Made by a program: the position numbers and the translations under genes | Shown here: piece after piece, positions 25,900 to 38,984 of the stretch | How positions within the stretch are numbered: position 1 is the first letter of the stretch | How the letters are laid out: each line of letters begins with the position of its first letter | Notes under the pieces: generated by a model | The model's database searches: none | Seen by the model: only the letters and a program-made list of their open reading frames with translations | What the model was told of the DNA's origin: nothing | Assembly (NCBI RefSeq): GCF_009834535.1 | Contig: NC_045697.1 | Span: forward strand, 103,666,001-103,730,000 | DNA: 64,000 nt | Source of the DNA: Camelus ferus | Lineage: Eukaryota | Direction: 5' to 3'

Positions 25900-27530
25900 A
25901 ACAAGTGTAGTATAATTTTTTACATAAATATCTCATACATATATACCCAGGTAACCATCACACAGATCCAAATACGAAACATTTCTAGCAATCTAGAGAG
26001 ATCCCGCATGCTTCCTCCTAGTCAACATCCACCCTGCCAAAGTTACCACTGTCCTCAATTTTATCACCACAGGTTAATTTTTCTCACCTCACACTTCACA
26101 GACATGAAATCATATGTAGGAGCAGCACTGTTTACAATAGTCAAGACATGGAAGCAAACTAAGTGTCCATGGACAGATGCCTGGATGAAGAAGGTGTGGT
26201 ATATATACCATGGAACACTACTCAGCCATAAAAAAAATAATAATGTCACCTGCAGCAACATGGATGGACCTAGAGATTATCATACTAAGTGAAGTAAATC
26301 AGACAAAGATAAGTATCATATGATATCACTTATATGTGGAATCTAAAGAATGACACAAATGAAGAACTTATTTACAAACCAGAAATATATTCACAGATAT
26401 AGAAAACAACCTTATGGTTAACAAAGGGAAAAGGTGGGGAGGGATAAATTAGGAGTTTGGGGTTAGCAGACACAAACTACTATATACAAAATAGATAAAA
26501 ATTAAGCCTACTGTATAACACAGGGAACTGTATTTAATAGCTCGTAATAACCTATTAGGAAAAATAATATAAAAAAGAATGCATAACTCAATCACTATGC
26601 TCTACACTAGATACTAACACAAACATTGTAAATCAATTATACTTCTATTAAAATGTTTTTAATTAAATTTTTTTTAATCATATGTATGAATTCTTTCATG
26701 TCTGGCTTCATTTGCTCAGTCTTGTCTATAGGAGTTAGCCACGTTTTGGGGTAGAGCAGTAGGTCATCTTTTCCATTCATATTTTGTGTTTTGTTGTATG
26801 AATACATCATAACTTATTTATCCATTCTTCTAATGGTGGACATTTAAATTTTTTCCATTTTGCTTTATGAAAAAAAAATTGCTATAAACCTTCCTGAACA
26901 CATCTTCTGGTGGACACATGTACTCATTTCATTTCTGTTGGAAATATATTTGACAGTAGAATGCTAAGTCAGAGTATAAAGGTAGACATGTGATTACCAT
27001 TCGTAGGTACTGCCATTTTCTCAAAGCACTTGAACCATTTCCCACTCCTACCAGTAACGTCTGAGAATTTCAGTTACGAGGCATCTGCATTAATACTTGC
27101 TATTGACAATCTCTTTATTTTTTAGCCATTCTGATGCATGTGCAGCTCACTGTGGCTTTAATTTGCATTTTCCTGATGACTAATGGTGTTGCGTCCTTTC
27201 TTACGTGCTTTTTGAAGACTGGATATCATCTTTTACGAAATGCCTATTCAAATCTTTGCCCATTTCTTATTGTGCCACCTGTATTTTTTACTGATTTGTA
27301 TAAGCTATTTCCACAGTCTGGATACAAGTCTTCTGTTGGATACCTGGCAAAAGGTGTGTGTACTCTAAATCTCTTCTCTGACTTGTGGCTTGCCTTTTTT
27401 TCTCTTAATGGTGGCTTTTGTTGAACAGATGTTTTTAATTTTCACAAAGTCCACTTGGTCAATCTTTTCATATACAGTTACGATTTTGTGGCTTAAGAAG
27501 ATGGTCTCGTGTGTTCTCTTCTAGTAGATT
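25900..27530 (-). mobile_element. ancient L1M fragment, interrupted by a young L1
   Basis: gtaaccatcacacagatcc...tttatccattcttctaatggtggacattt...tttaatttgcattttcctgatgactaatggtgttg. Confidence 0.85.
26119..26675 (+). mobile_element. young L1 ORF2 end + 3'UTR
   Basis: AALFTIVKTWKQTKCP; homologous to 6815-7461; 11-bp TSD aatcatatgta at 26108-26118 and 26676-26686. Confidence 0.95.
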
Positions 27531-28334
27531 GGACCTTTTAATACCTGAAAGTAACTGGAAAAACTATAGATTTATCCTGAAATTTTACCCAAAAGGGGGA
27601 AAGAATGTTATCACAGGGCAAGGGTAAAAGGACACTAATGAGTGACAGTAATACTGCTCTCTGCTAGTATCCAGTAGAGTCTAGCTCACTCAGTAAGTCA
27701 GTTACACTTGGCTTAACTATGAAGATTCATTTGAGAAGCTAAGCATATCATGCTTTTAAAAAATGGACAATCCTCCTAGTGAGTGTATGAAACACTCCTG
27801 ATTTATTAGCTAAATTTACTATAGATATGGCATAATTATACAGAATCAAGACTTTCCATTATTGAATATATATTGAGCGACCTAGGCCACTCCACACAAA
27901 GATGTCCTTCTCCTCTCATAACTGGATTTTCTTAGAAACAGTATTTGCTATTGGAGTTTGGGTGTCACACTGAAAAGATGCTGGGCAGGAATTTAGAAGT
28001 GTTTCCAATTTACTCATGTTTTTGTGATGATTGATTGTTCATTTGAGAAGTACAGTGGACCACAGAACTGCACAATAAGCCATCAAATAGAAATTATATT
28101 CTTTTATTAAATAACCCTCAAATAGATGATCAGAGAGGATGTAAAATTGCTGTAAGTTCCTTGAGTGCAATGTCTGTATCTCACGCATTTTTGCGGTGCT
28201 TTCCACACGATGGGTATTTATTAAATGGCTGTCAAGCGGAATTGCTTGTGATGCCTCTCTGTGGATGATCTGCCCCATCCATTTCTCAAGACATACTCAT
28301 GACTCCCCTCATTTGAAAATGCAGGACCAGAATG

Positions 28335-29060
28335 AATTCTGGAACCAGACTACTTGTGTTCAAATTCTAGTTTCATCTAGTATATGAGCTTAGAAAATGA
28401 TTAAACACTTATGTACCTCAGTATCTACATCTGTAAAGTGGACATAATAAGAGTACCTGAGCATGACTCTTAGCATAACTGACACCATCTTGGGCCCTTA
28501 CGATCTCTCCTGTCCTTCTGCTGACCCTCCCCAGCACTGTACTGTGCAGTGAATCACTCCTCTGCCATCAAGGGCTTTGAAGTTAATAGATAGGGTTTAA
28601 TAATCATTAGGACCAGGTGGCCTCTGTGCTCTGTTAGTCCCCAAACAATGATGAGAACCTTTGCTGATGTATTCCTGACTCCCTCGAGACTAGTTACCCA
28701 TTCACAAATCTTGACTTAGGAATGCATGCCCCGTTTCCAAGCACCTGCCCCGCATACCCTAGGTTAACTGTAAAATTGTCCCCACGGCCCCCTCATGATG
28801 CAGAGTGCAGCTGCGAATGCTTCTGGATCGTTGCCTGCCGACCCAGACCCCACCCTGGGAGGAAGTTACCCTATAATAAACTGATCTGTTGATTATATGG
28901 AGCTGCCTGACTCGTTTTTCAGTCTCAAGATGCCTTCTCAGTTCGGTGGGCACTTCGTTCCCTCTGTCCTCCAACATACCCACTTCTAGTGCTGATACAA
29001 GGATTAAATGAGTTCATACAAAGTATTAGAATGGAGCCAGACACAAGGAAGGGCTATGAC
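28335..29060 (+). mobile_element. MIR SINE split by an LTR
   Basis: gtgttcaaattctag...cctcagtatctacatctgtaaagtggacataataagagtacc | cacttc...aaggattaaatgagttcatac. Confidence 0.8.
28458..28976 (+). mobile_element. ERV1-type solo LTR (519 bp), family not recognised
   Basis: TG...CA termini; perfect 4-bp TSD tacc at 28454-28457 and 28977-28980; AATAAA at 28875-28880; cleanly interrupts a MIR. Confidence 0.85.
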
Positions 29061-29109
29061 ACTGCTGCCGCCACTATTGATAACACTACTGCCACTAAAA
29101 CTGTCCTTC

Positions 29110-29220
29110 TCTCCTCTGAGGTTCTTGAAAGCAAATGCGTCAGTTATCTCCTTACCTGCATCCATAATGCCAGGTATAATGCCTCACACACTGATGGTCT
29201 GTAATAACTGTTAGTTGGGT
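29110..29220 (+). mobile_element. L2 3' fragment
   Basis: ctctgaggttcttgaaagcaa...atccataatgccaggtataatgcctcacac. Confidence 0.55.
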
Positions 29221-29538
29221 AGATTGAGAGATTATTGCATTTCTAAAAAGAGCCAATGCCAGACAGTCAGATGAAGGTGTTTTTCACGTGGATGACGTGT
29301 TCACTATTTATATCAAGTTAAGTCAGAGTTGTATTTTGTAGGTAAGTTGGAAGAATGGATTTGAAAGGCTTTAGGAAGGCTATTCTGATGGAGCCAGCTA
29401 ACATGGGGCTGCCAAAGCAAACGTACAAAGAGGACTTAGGGCGCTGATACTTCCTTGTTTTCCAAGATTCCAAGAAGTGCATAGTATAAGGGGGAAAAAA
29501 ATAAGCCAATACACATAGTGGAAGCCTCTTCCATTTCC

Positions 29539-29825
29539 CTTTTTTTAAATTGAAGTATAGTCAGTCACAACATGTCAGTTCCTGGTGTACAGCTTAATGT
29601 CCCAGTCATGCATATATATATACATCTATTTGTTTTCATATTCTTTTCCATTAAAGGTTATTATAAGATATTGAACATAGTTCCCTGAGTTATATAGAAA
29701 ATTTGTTTTTTATCTATTTTTATAGATAGTGGTTAACATTTGCAAATCTCAAACACTCAAATTTATCCCTTCCCACCCCTTCCCCCCCTCCAGTAACCAT
29801 AGGATTGTTTACTATGTCTATGAGT
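29539..29825 (-). mobile_element. young L1 3'UTR
   Basis: aattgaagtatagtcag...cctggtgtacagc...gtcccagtcatgc...tatgtctatgagtct; TSD ctc(t/c)tccatttcc at 29526-29538 and 29826-29838. Confidence 0.92.
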
Positions 29826-30579
29826 CTCCTCCATTTCCTTTTTAATACTACTTTCATTGGAGAGTATCCAATAAGGTAGACAACCCTCCTCCCCTCAAAA
29901 AAGCTGACTGCCACTCCAAGGCAGCAACTGAAGTCATGATCCATGGACTGAGCAGAGCATCAGGGGAATCTATAATTCCAACCCTAGTCAGTATACATTA
30001 AGATCACATTATTATAGCTTAAGATCCAGTAAATATAGAAAATATAAAGTTTTACCAAAAAATGATGGTTTGTTAATATCTTCTGTACTCCTAGAAAGCA
30101 CAAAACAAAACACTCATACTTATATAAATGAAATTTAATCAATAATATTTGCTTCTTTTTTTTTCAAGTGTCTGTATTTGTATTTTTATTTTTAATCTAA
30201 AAATTTTACTATATTTTTAGCAAAAATCTCATATAATAATTCAAAAATCACAAAGTATGCATCCAAACATTATTTTAGTATCTCTTGATTGGTGGTAGCT
30301 GACTGCGTTCAACATTAAAGTTTATCTCTGCTTAAAGCACAGTTAACAAACTGAAGTTCAATTAAATGATTGAATTAAATCATTAAGTTCAACCTCAGAA
30401 GTTTACTAAACCAGAATTTTCTTATTATTGATGAATAATGCTTCAAAATTACTACATTCAGTGGTAAAGAAAGGGATGGTTACCAAGTTATCGATATCTG
30501 AAAGTTCTGCTCAGGCTCCATAAGGTGGGTAGGTACATATTTACTGTTTCTCAACATATAGTAATTTTACTCAAATGAA

Positions 30580-31005
30580 TCAATGTTTTGGGCAAATTCT
30601 AGCGTCAGAGAGTCTGCTTGAGTCTTGGCTCTTTTTCCTATTAGCCATGAGGACTTAAACAAGTTATTATCTTTTTTCTTTTTTTTAAGCTTTTTTATTT
30701 CGAGGTTCAAAATAAACCTATCACTGCAGGTTCGGCAGTTATAAGAAATAATACAGAGAGCTCTGTGTACCCTTCACCCAAGTTTCCCCAATGGTAACAT
30801 CTTGTGCAACTTTAGTACAATATCACAATCAGGAAACTGGCAGTGAAACAATCCACTCATCTTACCCGGAGTTCACCAGTTTTACATGTATCTGTGTGTC
30901 TGTGTGTGTTTAATTCTATGCAACTCTATCACACGTGTAGATCTGTGTGATACAGGACATCTGGGTGAGCAAGTTATTTAGTGTCCCTTTGTCCTCTTCA
31001 GTAAA
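30580..31005. mobile_element. MIR (plus) interrupted by an L1MC-like 3' fragment (minus, ~30675-30955)
   Basis: agaaataatacagagagctctgtgtacccttcacccaagtttccccaatggtaacatcttg is L1MC-type antisense; caagttatt duplicated on both sides. Confidence 0.75.
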
Positions 31006-31017
31006 ACACAGAGAATT

Positions 31018-31336
31018 CAGTTTTTATATCCTTTATCCAAAAATCTTGGAGCCAGATGGGTTTCAAAATTTTCCACATTTATGAAAGGTTATATTGTGTA
31101 TATATATTTAAGTAACCACTCCAGTGGGCTCTGGGGAAGCACTCTAGAATCAAGTACATTACATATTTGTTCAGCAAAACATATTAGTATTCATATTTAA
31201 TGAGATAAATACAGTGAAAAAACAGCCTCATGTCATTTCAGGTCAGACATTGTCCTGACCCAAACTCTTTCGGTTTTTGCTCTTGGTTTTCAGAGCTCTT
31301 CTGTTTCTGAATGTGGACAAGGAGTGGAAGACCTGT
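31018..31336 (-). mobile_element. MER46C TcMar-Tigger MITE
   Basis: atcctttatccaaaaatcttggagccagatg...agcctcatgtcatttcaggtcag...ggttttcagagctctt. Confidence 0.8.
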
Positions 31337-32107
31337 GATTCCTCCTTCACGGGGCTGCGGTGAGTACTAAATGATGACCCGCGTGCAGAGCACACAACCC
31401 TCACTAAGGCACACTCACCTGTCTCTGTCGTCAACACTGCTATAGTTTTGACAGACTAGAAAATACATTAAAGTGTTAAAAAGGACTAAATGATGAAATT
31501 CCAAGTGAATTTTTATCTTGTTATCTATACTTTTCTATACTTTATAAATTCTAAGTAATGGCCATTTACTATTTTTAGAATATAATACTTTCTACAACTT
31601 AAGAAAATTATTTCCCCTTTATTTTAAAGGATTTACTTTCCTAAGTATTTCCTTCTAGATTTTCTTTGCCTTGCCTTTTCTTTTATCACACAGACAAAAA
31701 TTCTTCTGAGTTTCCTGTGTTGAAAATATTCGTGGGTTATAAATTCATGAAGGGCAAAGAAACTGTATTCTTTGACTCCATATTCAGATTTTTTTTTCTC
31801 CTCTGAGCAACCTATAAGCAAGCCCTTTTTTTTTTTTTGCTACGCACACTAAAAACAGGTTAGGTAATCTACAACGTATGTCTTCAGTTCCTGAGTTACT
31901 GGAATAATGTATTTATAGATCTGTGAGCTGTTTAAGATCAAGACAGTAAGATACCAAGATGAATACCAAAATTCTCACATTAATTCTCCTAAGAATTATA
32001 GTCTCTGCTTCTATACAAAAATATTTTAAAATTGTAACTAAAGCCAAAACCAAAAATAATAAAACAGGCAAAACAAACACACACTTCTTTGGTTTCCCTG
32101 TTGCCCA

Positions 32108-32316
32108 CTGCAGTGCTGTCCAACAGAGCTTTCTGCAGTGATGGGAGCGTGCCAGTCTGCACTGCTCCACACAACAGCCACAGGTAGCTGCTTAAACACT
32201 TGAAGGGTGGCTACGGCAACCAAAGACCTAAATTTTAAATTGTTTTTAATTTTCTAATTTAAATTTAAATTTAACTAGCCACATGTGCTTAGCTACTAGC
32301 ATATTAGATCGTGCAG
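32108..32316 (+). mobile_element. MER3 hAT-Charlie MITE
   Basis: cagtgctgtccaacagagctttctgcagtgatgg...tttaaatttaactagccacatgtg...atattagatcgtgcag. Confidence 0.88.
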
Positions 32317-33409
32317 CTCCACAAAAAGCCAACTGTTTACGAATTATTTTTCAGTGGAGACACTGAACGCCACCTCTCTTTTTAAATGACTTTTAATGTT
32401 AACTGGGAGCTCTTTTCTACAATTTTACTTGAAAAGGATCACTGAAAATCTAATTGTCGGAGCCCCCATGAATGAAAGTTTCTGTTTCATTGTGCTACGT
32501 CGGTGGTAGTTGGCTAAAGAATCCATTGCTTTCTCCAACATTTGTGCTTGTCTCTACCAATTCTCTGCTTCTTTAGGCTGTATTACTAAGTATGTCTAAT
32601 AAGTAAATATCTCCAAAGTGATTCCAGGCAGACAAACATTAAAGGCAAAACAAGACAAACAACACACATAGTCAATAACAAATGAGCCTTCAATCAGAGA
32701 ACAAAAGAGGCAGGTGACAAAAGCCAAGTTAAAAAAAAACCTATCACTGTCCAAAAAACCCCTTTAGATTCCACCTCAGTACACTGGCCCTATTGCTCAA
32801 TATGAAAAACTTTACCCAAGTTTTGAAAACATCCAGAAAGCTTTTGTTTCAGCCGTCATTATACTGCAGCTCACAATTAACACCGCCAGACTCCTCTCTC
32901 ATCAACTATTCGCTAAAATGTCCAGCTTTTCCTTGGAGCCCCTTACCTCCACATCAGCAGGGTTTAAGAGATGACACATGCCTGTGTACATTTCAGAATA
33001 AAGGGCAGGCTTTACTCAGGTCTTAACGCTAAATGAGAACACGCATAAGAGAAGGGAAATCAACCCTTTTAGTCAAAGTGGAGCTTCTGGCGAGCTGCAG
33101 GCAGCGCACAGCGTGAGAGAAGCTGGCTCCAGAAAGTGCCCATGTGTTGACAGATGAATAAGGTTTGAAGGCTTAACGGTACAAATGTCCTGTCACTGGT
33201 ACTGTTACACAAGGCTTTACTTAACCAGGACTGCCAAAATCTCCAAAGCTGTTGACAACCAAGGCTGTGAAATTAATTCACTCTTCACTGTGACATTAAA
33301 TGAGCAAGTTACTTTTACACAGGTAGTAACCCTGCACTGACTTGATTAACTGAAGGAAATGAAGGATCATTTGGTCTGGCCTAAAACTTTAAAGGAGGAA
33401 GACTAGAGA

Positions 33410-33576
33410 AGCAGAGAGGGTATAGCTCAAGTGCTAGAGCACATGCTTAGCATGCACAAGGTCCTGGGTTCAATCCCCCGTACCTCCTCCAAAAGTAGAT
33501 AAATAAACAGACCTAATTACCTCCCTACCGCCCGCCTAAATAAATAAATAAAATAAAAATTAGAAAATAAATGAAA
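33410..33576 (+). mobile_element. tRNA-derived camelid SINE (vic-1-like)
   Basis: gagggtatagctcaagtgctagagcacatgcttagcatgcacaaggtcctgggttcaatcccc...acctaattacctcc; perfect 15-bp TSD gaggaagactagaga at 33395-33409 and 33577-33591. Confidence 0.95.
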
Positions 33577-34049
33577 GAGGAAGACTAGAGACCATAAAAG
33601 AATACAACTTGTACCCCTTCCTTCTTGAACAAACCTGCTAGATATTAAATTGTATTGTATACCATTTTTATCAAGTATAAATTCATTTTGTTTCACAGGT
33701 GAGAGATCTACAAATGCCAAGTTCCCCCCAAAGTATGAATATTCAAAATAATCCAGGAGGAAATTAAAATCAGTTAAGAGATACTCCTATCATGATCTGG
33801 AATCACATGTGAAAATAAAGATACTGCAGACTCTAAAATTACTTCCGGTATTAACACTTGGTGTTTGGGGAGGTTAAAGCTTTTCTGGGCATCTCAGTTT
33901 CAAGTAAATAACGACAAGTTATTTTGAATGCTACCCAGCCTATACTCATCCTTGCTTTTCCCTACTAGTCACGGTTATCACCACCAAAATGAGAAAGCGA
34001 GCCCCTGAGCACAGAGACTACAGATGCTCACATATTCCTCCGGCAGGTC

Positions 34050-34285
34050 TGCTATGTTAGGGTACAGGGGCCAGACATCCTGGGTTCAAATCCTGCTCTA
34101 CCATTGTGTGACCCTAGGCAAGTTATGTAACCTCTCTGGGTCTAGGTTTCCTCAGTAAAATGGGGATAAACACAGGACCCACATGCCTTAGTGTTATTGT
34201 AAGGACTGAATAAATCCGTACATGCTAAATGCATGGTACAGTATTTTGCACTTAGTAAATATCCAAAAAACATTCATTAATATTT
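34050..34285 (+). mobile_element. MIR SINE, near full length
   Basis: cctgggttcaaatcctgctctaccattgtgtgaccctaggcaagttatgtaacctctctg...aaaatggggataa. Confidence 0.9.
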
Positions 34286-36751
34286 TTATGAGTAGAGTTT
34301 TTTGAGCAAGGTTAGTCAAAAAACAACAAAACAGCTTTGTTTTTTGTTTTGTTTCATTTTTTCTTGATTGGGGAATGTATTATGGAAACTCTGATGTGCA
34401 GCAGAAAACAGCTTCATTTTTAAACATCCAATATCAAGGTAACTAGAAAGAAGGGCTGATACAGGAAATGAGGTTACCCTTTCGAATATATCTTTGCTGG
34501 TAACATTGGCAGGTACATTCTGCTATCCTAAATGATGCTTCTATGAACAGTCATCTTGTGATTCGTATAATATGAGGGCTCTACAGCAGACAAATGAGGC
34601 TTTTTCCTAAGCCTGATTACTGATAGAACATAAAATGAGAAATGTTAGAGGCATTATCTTTGTTATTACAGTGAGTGATTTATTCTACACCATAGCTCAG
34701 GGATCCTAATATTAACATATCTTGCAGCAATCAATCATATTCAATTTTGACTTTCAAATCTTTGTGAAGCATCAAATGATACTGCTAAGCATACAGCTTA
34801 ATTGTAGAGACTGCTGATGTGGACGATAATGCTGTTAGTGGGCCCCCAAAGCTAAATCAGCAGTATTGAGCTGGAAAATAAAGAGAGGTTGGAATTCTGA
34901 AGAAAAAGAGTTAACCCACCAATTTAAACAAGATAAACACACTAAAAATAATTTGCCCAATTTTCTTCATGCATTTAATAAACATGTGTCAGAATAAACA
35001 AAAATCACAGAAGCTGAAAGTAAAAAAAAAATCAATTAAAATAAAGTCACAGGGCACAGTAGAGAATGATTTCTGGCAGTTATTTGATATAATATGGTTA
35101 ATATTTCCAGTCAGTCAAATTAACACAATTTTGCCACGGTAGATTTACAGTCACAAAACGCACACTCCCAAGAGGTTTATTTTATTCCAAGAATCAGAGT
35201 AACAAATTCCTTTTAGGCCTAGAACAGTTTGACTTACTTTCTTCTAAACTTAAGTAATGAAAGAGGAATTGTCCCTCAGAAAAAATTAATTCGCTATACA
35301 TTCACATTCGGCCGTCTTTTCCCTCCTTGATTTCCCCTTCAAAGCCCTTGGATGGAAACCAGTCCATTTATCGCTCCATTTGTATCAACAGATATGCTTT
35401 TATTTCTTATCGGTCTGCCTATTTGGATCATGTGTACCCTGCCATGTTATTGATCGAAAGAAGCTCAGGCAAGGTGGTGTCAGCTCATATTCCTACAAAG
35501 AGTCCCCTGAGCAGATTGGTGAGGCACTTAAGGTCAAGTCAGAATTGTCTGTTTCCACATTAAAACTGCAGGGCACAGAGAGAAGAATGCAGACTTCTCA
35601 AGCATGCAAAACAAATACCAACATTCAGCCTTTCAGGTTTTTATCTTCCCCCTGTTGAGTTCAGAAGTACTTTTCATGGAAGAAAATTTGGCTTTGTAAA
35701 CACAAAAATTCCTTGAAACCCTTCTTCTTACTCTCCATGCTTTCCTCTTTCTTTCTTTCATCTCTTTTATCTATCTTGCCAAATGGTTACTCCAAAAAGA
35801 GAAAAATCATGAGGCAGATAAAGTCATTAATGACAACATGGCTGAACAGAGAGGATCCAGTAACTCCCCTAACAGGTTAACCTGGTGTTTTCCTGATGGT
35901 TTGTTAGGTAATCAGTATACTTTGAAGAAGGAGAGAGTAAAGTTAATCACATTTGCCAACTGTATGCTTAGCACCATAAACACTCCCAAGATCTGGATGA
36001 TCGGAAGAACCTCAGAAGTCATTGATCACTTTCCAGAGCACATATTTTACACACAGCACTTTTTTCTGGAACGAGGATTTCAAAGATGGATATAATATGC
36101 TTGCCTTCAGGGAACTCACAGTTCATTATCTTACAGCAGTGCTAGTGATGTGACATGAACATGTCAAAGGACAGAACAACACGTCACAGCATCACAAGCT
36201 AGAGTCAGAGAGACTGGGGTTCAAGCCTGTCTTTCACACACTGGGGGACTCTTGAACTTCATTTTGCCCAAACATAACACAGCCATCGTAGTATTTATCT
36301 TACGCAGTACTCTTGGTAGATGGTTAACAAAAACCAGTTTGCTTTCCTCCTTATATCCAAAGTCAAGAGCCATTCATTTGGTCTAAAGGCAAAGAAGATC
36401 ATGGGAAAAGGCACCGAAGGAAGGGCAGAGCGGGGGTTGGTTCTATAGAAAAAGTAGGGTTTCAATACAGAAGAACAGGGAGTAAGAGATTCTCAGCAAA
36501 GAAAGCATCATGAGGGAAAAAATGGAACTGTAAAAAGCACGTGATTAAAAAAAAAAAAGCACATGCTGGCATGTTTGGAGGCAGCAGAACAGAGCAGTTG
36601 AGAATGGGGATTGTGGGGTCAGCCTGCCTGAGCTGGGATGGTGTTGCCTACTTAAGAAGACCCAGGGTGAGTGATTTGTCTACTCTGCACTTTCCCCGTG
36701 TACTGCTCACATATAACAGAATCTATGTCACAGGGTGTATTAAAGATTTAA

Positions 36752-36882
36752 TAAAATATGAAAACGAACATATGTATGTATATGCATGACTGGGACATTA
36801 TACTGTACACCAGAGACTGTCACATTGTAACTGATTGTACTTCAATAGGAAAAGAACAAAACAAAACAAACAAACAAACAAA
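36752..36882 (+). mobile_element. young L1 extreme 3' end, within a MIR remnant
   Basis: tatgcatgactgggacattatactgtacaccagag...tacttcaatag + (caaa)n tail; degenerate TSD aaagatttaat/aaagactaaat. Confidence 0.85.
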
Positions 36883-37237
36883 AAGACTAAATGGAGGCTA
36901 TATGTATATATGTACACATATATATGCACATATAGCCTCCTTTTATATGTATACATAAAACAGGGTCTCAAGTCTAATAAACGTTACTGCCATTATTGTT
37001 AGAGCTATTACTACAACTGCTAGAGGTCTGTTACTATTGGAGAAGTCTAGATGAGTTGGGGGTGGCTCAAGCATAAGGAATATGGACGAAGTATGGGTGG
37101 TATTTTTCACCCTGCCTTTGACTCCCAGGCATCTGATTGCCTAGCACTCTGAAAGCACTACTTTACCTCAGATGGGTAAACGGGTTACTTCTGTCAGGCT
37201 GCTCTATGTCTCCTCCCATGGCTAAATATATTCTGTT

Positions 37238-37425
37238 CCGGTGCTTTCTACACCTGGTTGTGCATCAGAATCCCTTGGGAATCTGATTTAAAAATAAACA
37301 AACAAACAGAGACTCTTGGGTCTAAACCTAGAGATTCTTATTCATTATATTTAAGGGGAGGCTGAGACCTCATTTTTAAAAAGGCTTCCCTGGTGACTGA
37401 TAAACAGCTAAATTTAGAGATCTTC
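37238..37425. mobile_element. MER5-family MITE
   Basis: ggttgtgcatcagaatcccttggga...cctagagattcttattca...tttttaaaaaggcttccctggtgact. Confidence 0.7.
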
Positions 37426-37576
37426 ACTGTCGTCTATTCAGAAGCCGGCTCACTGTTTTACTCTTATCTCCCATTGAATGAAGTGACATCTAGCTCATTC
37501 AGTAATAGGAGATTCAAAAAAGCACTAGCCGCCTTTTTATTTTTAATCTTACAAAAACACTCTTTTTAAAGAAGAC

Positions 37577-37604
37577 TATAAGGTATAAGGTATAAGGTAT
37601 AAGG
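37577..37604. repeat. (TATAAGG)4 tandem repeat
   Basis: Four perfect 7-mers. Confidence 0.95.
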
Positions 37605-38298
37605 AATAAGATTATAACTCCTTCCTTAGTTACTGAAGCGTTTTGCAAGGATGACAGCATGGAAGAGCAAGGAACGACGGGGGCAAAAGGTAGATTTCCA
37701 TCAAATATGAAGAAAGAAAATACCCTTTTCTTGGACTAAATAACACAACATTGTCAAAAGAAGTTGTTTCACCATTATTTACTCAGCTCTCGTTTACATG
37801 ACCAATGTAAACTACAAAATGAGAAATCCAAGGAATTCATTCTGGTCTCAACATTACTACTGGGAAGATTCAAATTTTGACTTGCCAGAGTCCATTTGTT
37901 TCTTCAGTAGGTTTGCCGGAAAGAATATCGATCAGCCTTATTAGGGAGCCCTATTTGCTTCACAAAATAATTGTTTATTTTATTAAGATCATTTATAGCT
38001 TCTCGGTGCACCTAAGGGTTTATTGATCATTACCGGACAGGGAGTCCTAGACGAAGGACATTTTAAGCAAAAGGCTGATTAGAAATACAAATAAACATCC
38101 CTAAAGTTATAATATAAAAATAATTTTATGTGATTTATAAATAAGTTTAAGGGCAGGGCAAGATACAAGAGCTGGTAAGGTAAGTTCAGGGACCAGGTCA
38201 AGAAGTGCCATATTAGAAGTGTAGACTTTATCCTGAGAGGGAGGAGAAGCTACTCAGGGATTTTGATGGTAAAATTTACATCATAAAAAGATCTAATA

Positions 38299-38736
38299 CA
38301 GTAGCTCTCAATATTGAATACGTATTAGAATCACTTAGGAGCTTTTAAAAAACATCAGTGTCTATAGAAAGCAAACTTATGGTTACCAAAGGGGAGAGGG
38401 GAGGGGGATAAACTAGGAGTTTGGGATTAGCAGGTACAAATTACTATATATAAAATAGAAAAATAATAAGGTCCTACTGTGCAGCACAGAGACTATACTC
38501 AATAGCTTGTAATAGCCTATGATAGGAAAGAAACTGAAAAAGAGTATGTGTAACTGGACCACTATGCTGTACAATATTGTAAATCAACAATACTTCAATT
38601 AAAAAAATCAGTGTCCAAACTCCCCGACACCAGGATTCTAATTTAACTGATCCAAAGTGGGGCCCACACAGCAGCAATTAAAAAAAAACAAAACTACCCA
38701 AGTTATTTTACTACATAGCCAGGGTTGAGAACTACG
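38299..38736. mobile_element. MER5A split by L1
   Basis: cagtagctctcaa...attagaatcacttaggagctttt | ...ggattctaatttaactgatcc...gccagggttgagaactac. Confidence 0.8.
38363..38606 (+). mobile_element. young L1 3'UTR
   Basis: aaacttatggttaccaaagggg...gggataaactaggagtttgggattagcag...tacttcaattaaaaa; TSD atcagtgtc at 38354-38362 and 38607-38615. Confidence 0.92.
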
Positions 38737-38984
38737 TCTCACAGTGGAAGCCAGGAGACCTGCAAGGCTTTGGAGAAAAACAATAGCTGAACAAGGGGCT
38801 TGGTGGTGGAAGATGGAGAAATGTGAATCAATCTGACAGATACTCAGGTGATAAAATGAATGGGAGGTATTGATTGGTTGCCTGTGGAAAGTGATGGAAA
38901 ATACCTGAAGCAAAAATTACCTCTGGGTTCTTTCCCTTGCCCTTAGGAAAATGGGCAAATTGTGGTGCTATTCATTGGTCTTAA

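Larger units (their letters stand above)
38150..38980 (-). mobile_element. L2 host element, interrupted by MER5A and L1
   Basis: tagactttatcctgagagggagg...actcagggatttt before, and ggaagccaggagacc...ggagaaatgtgaatcaatctgacagatact after. Confidence 0.6.
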
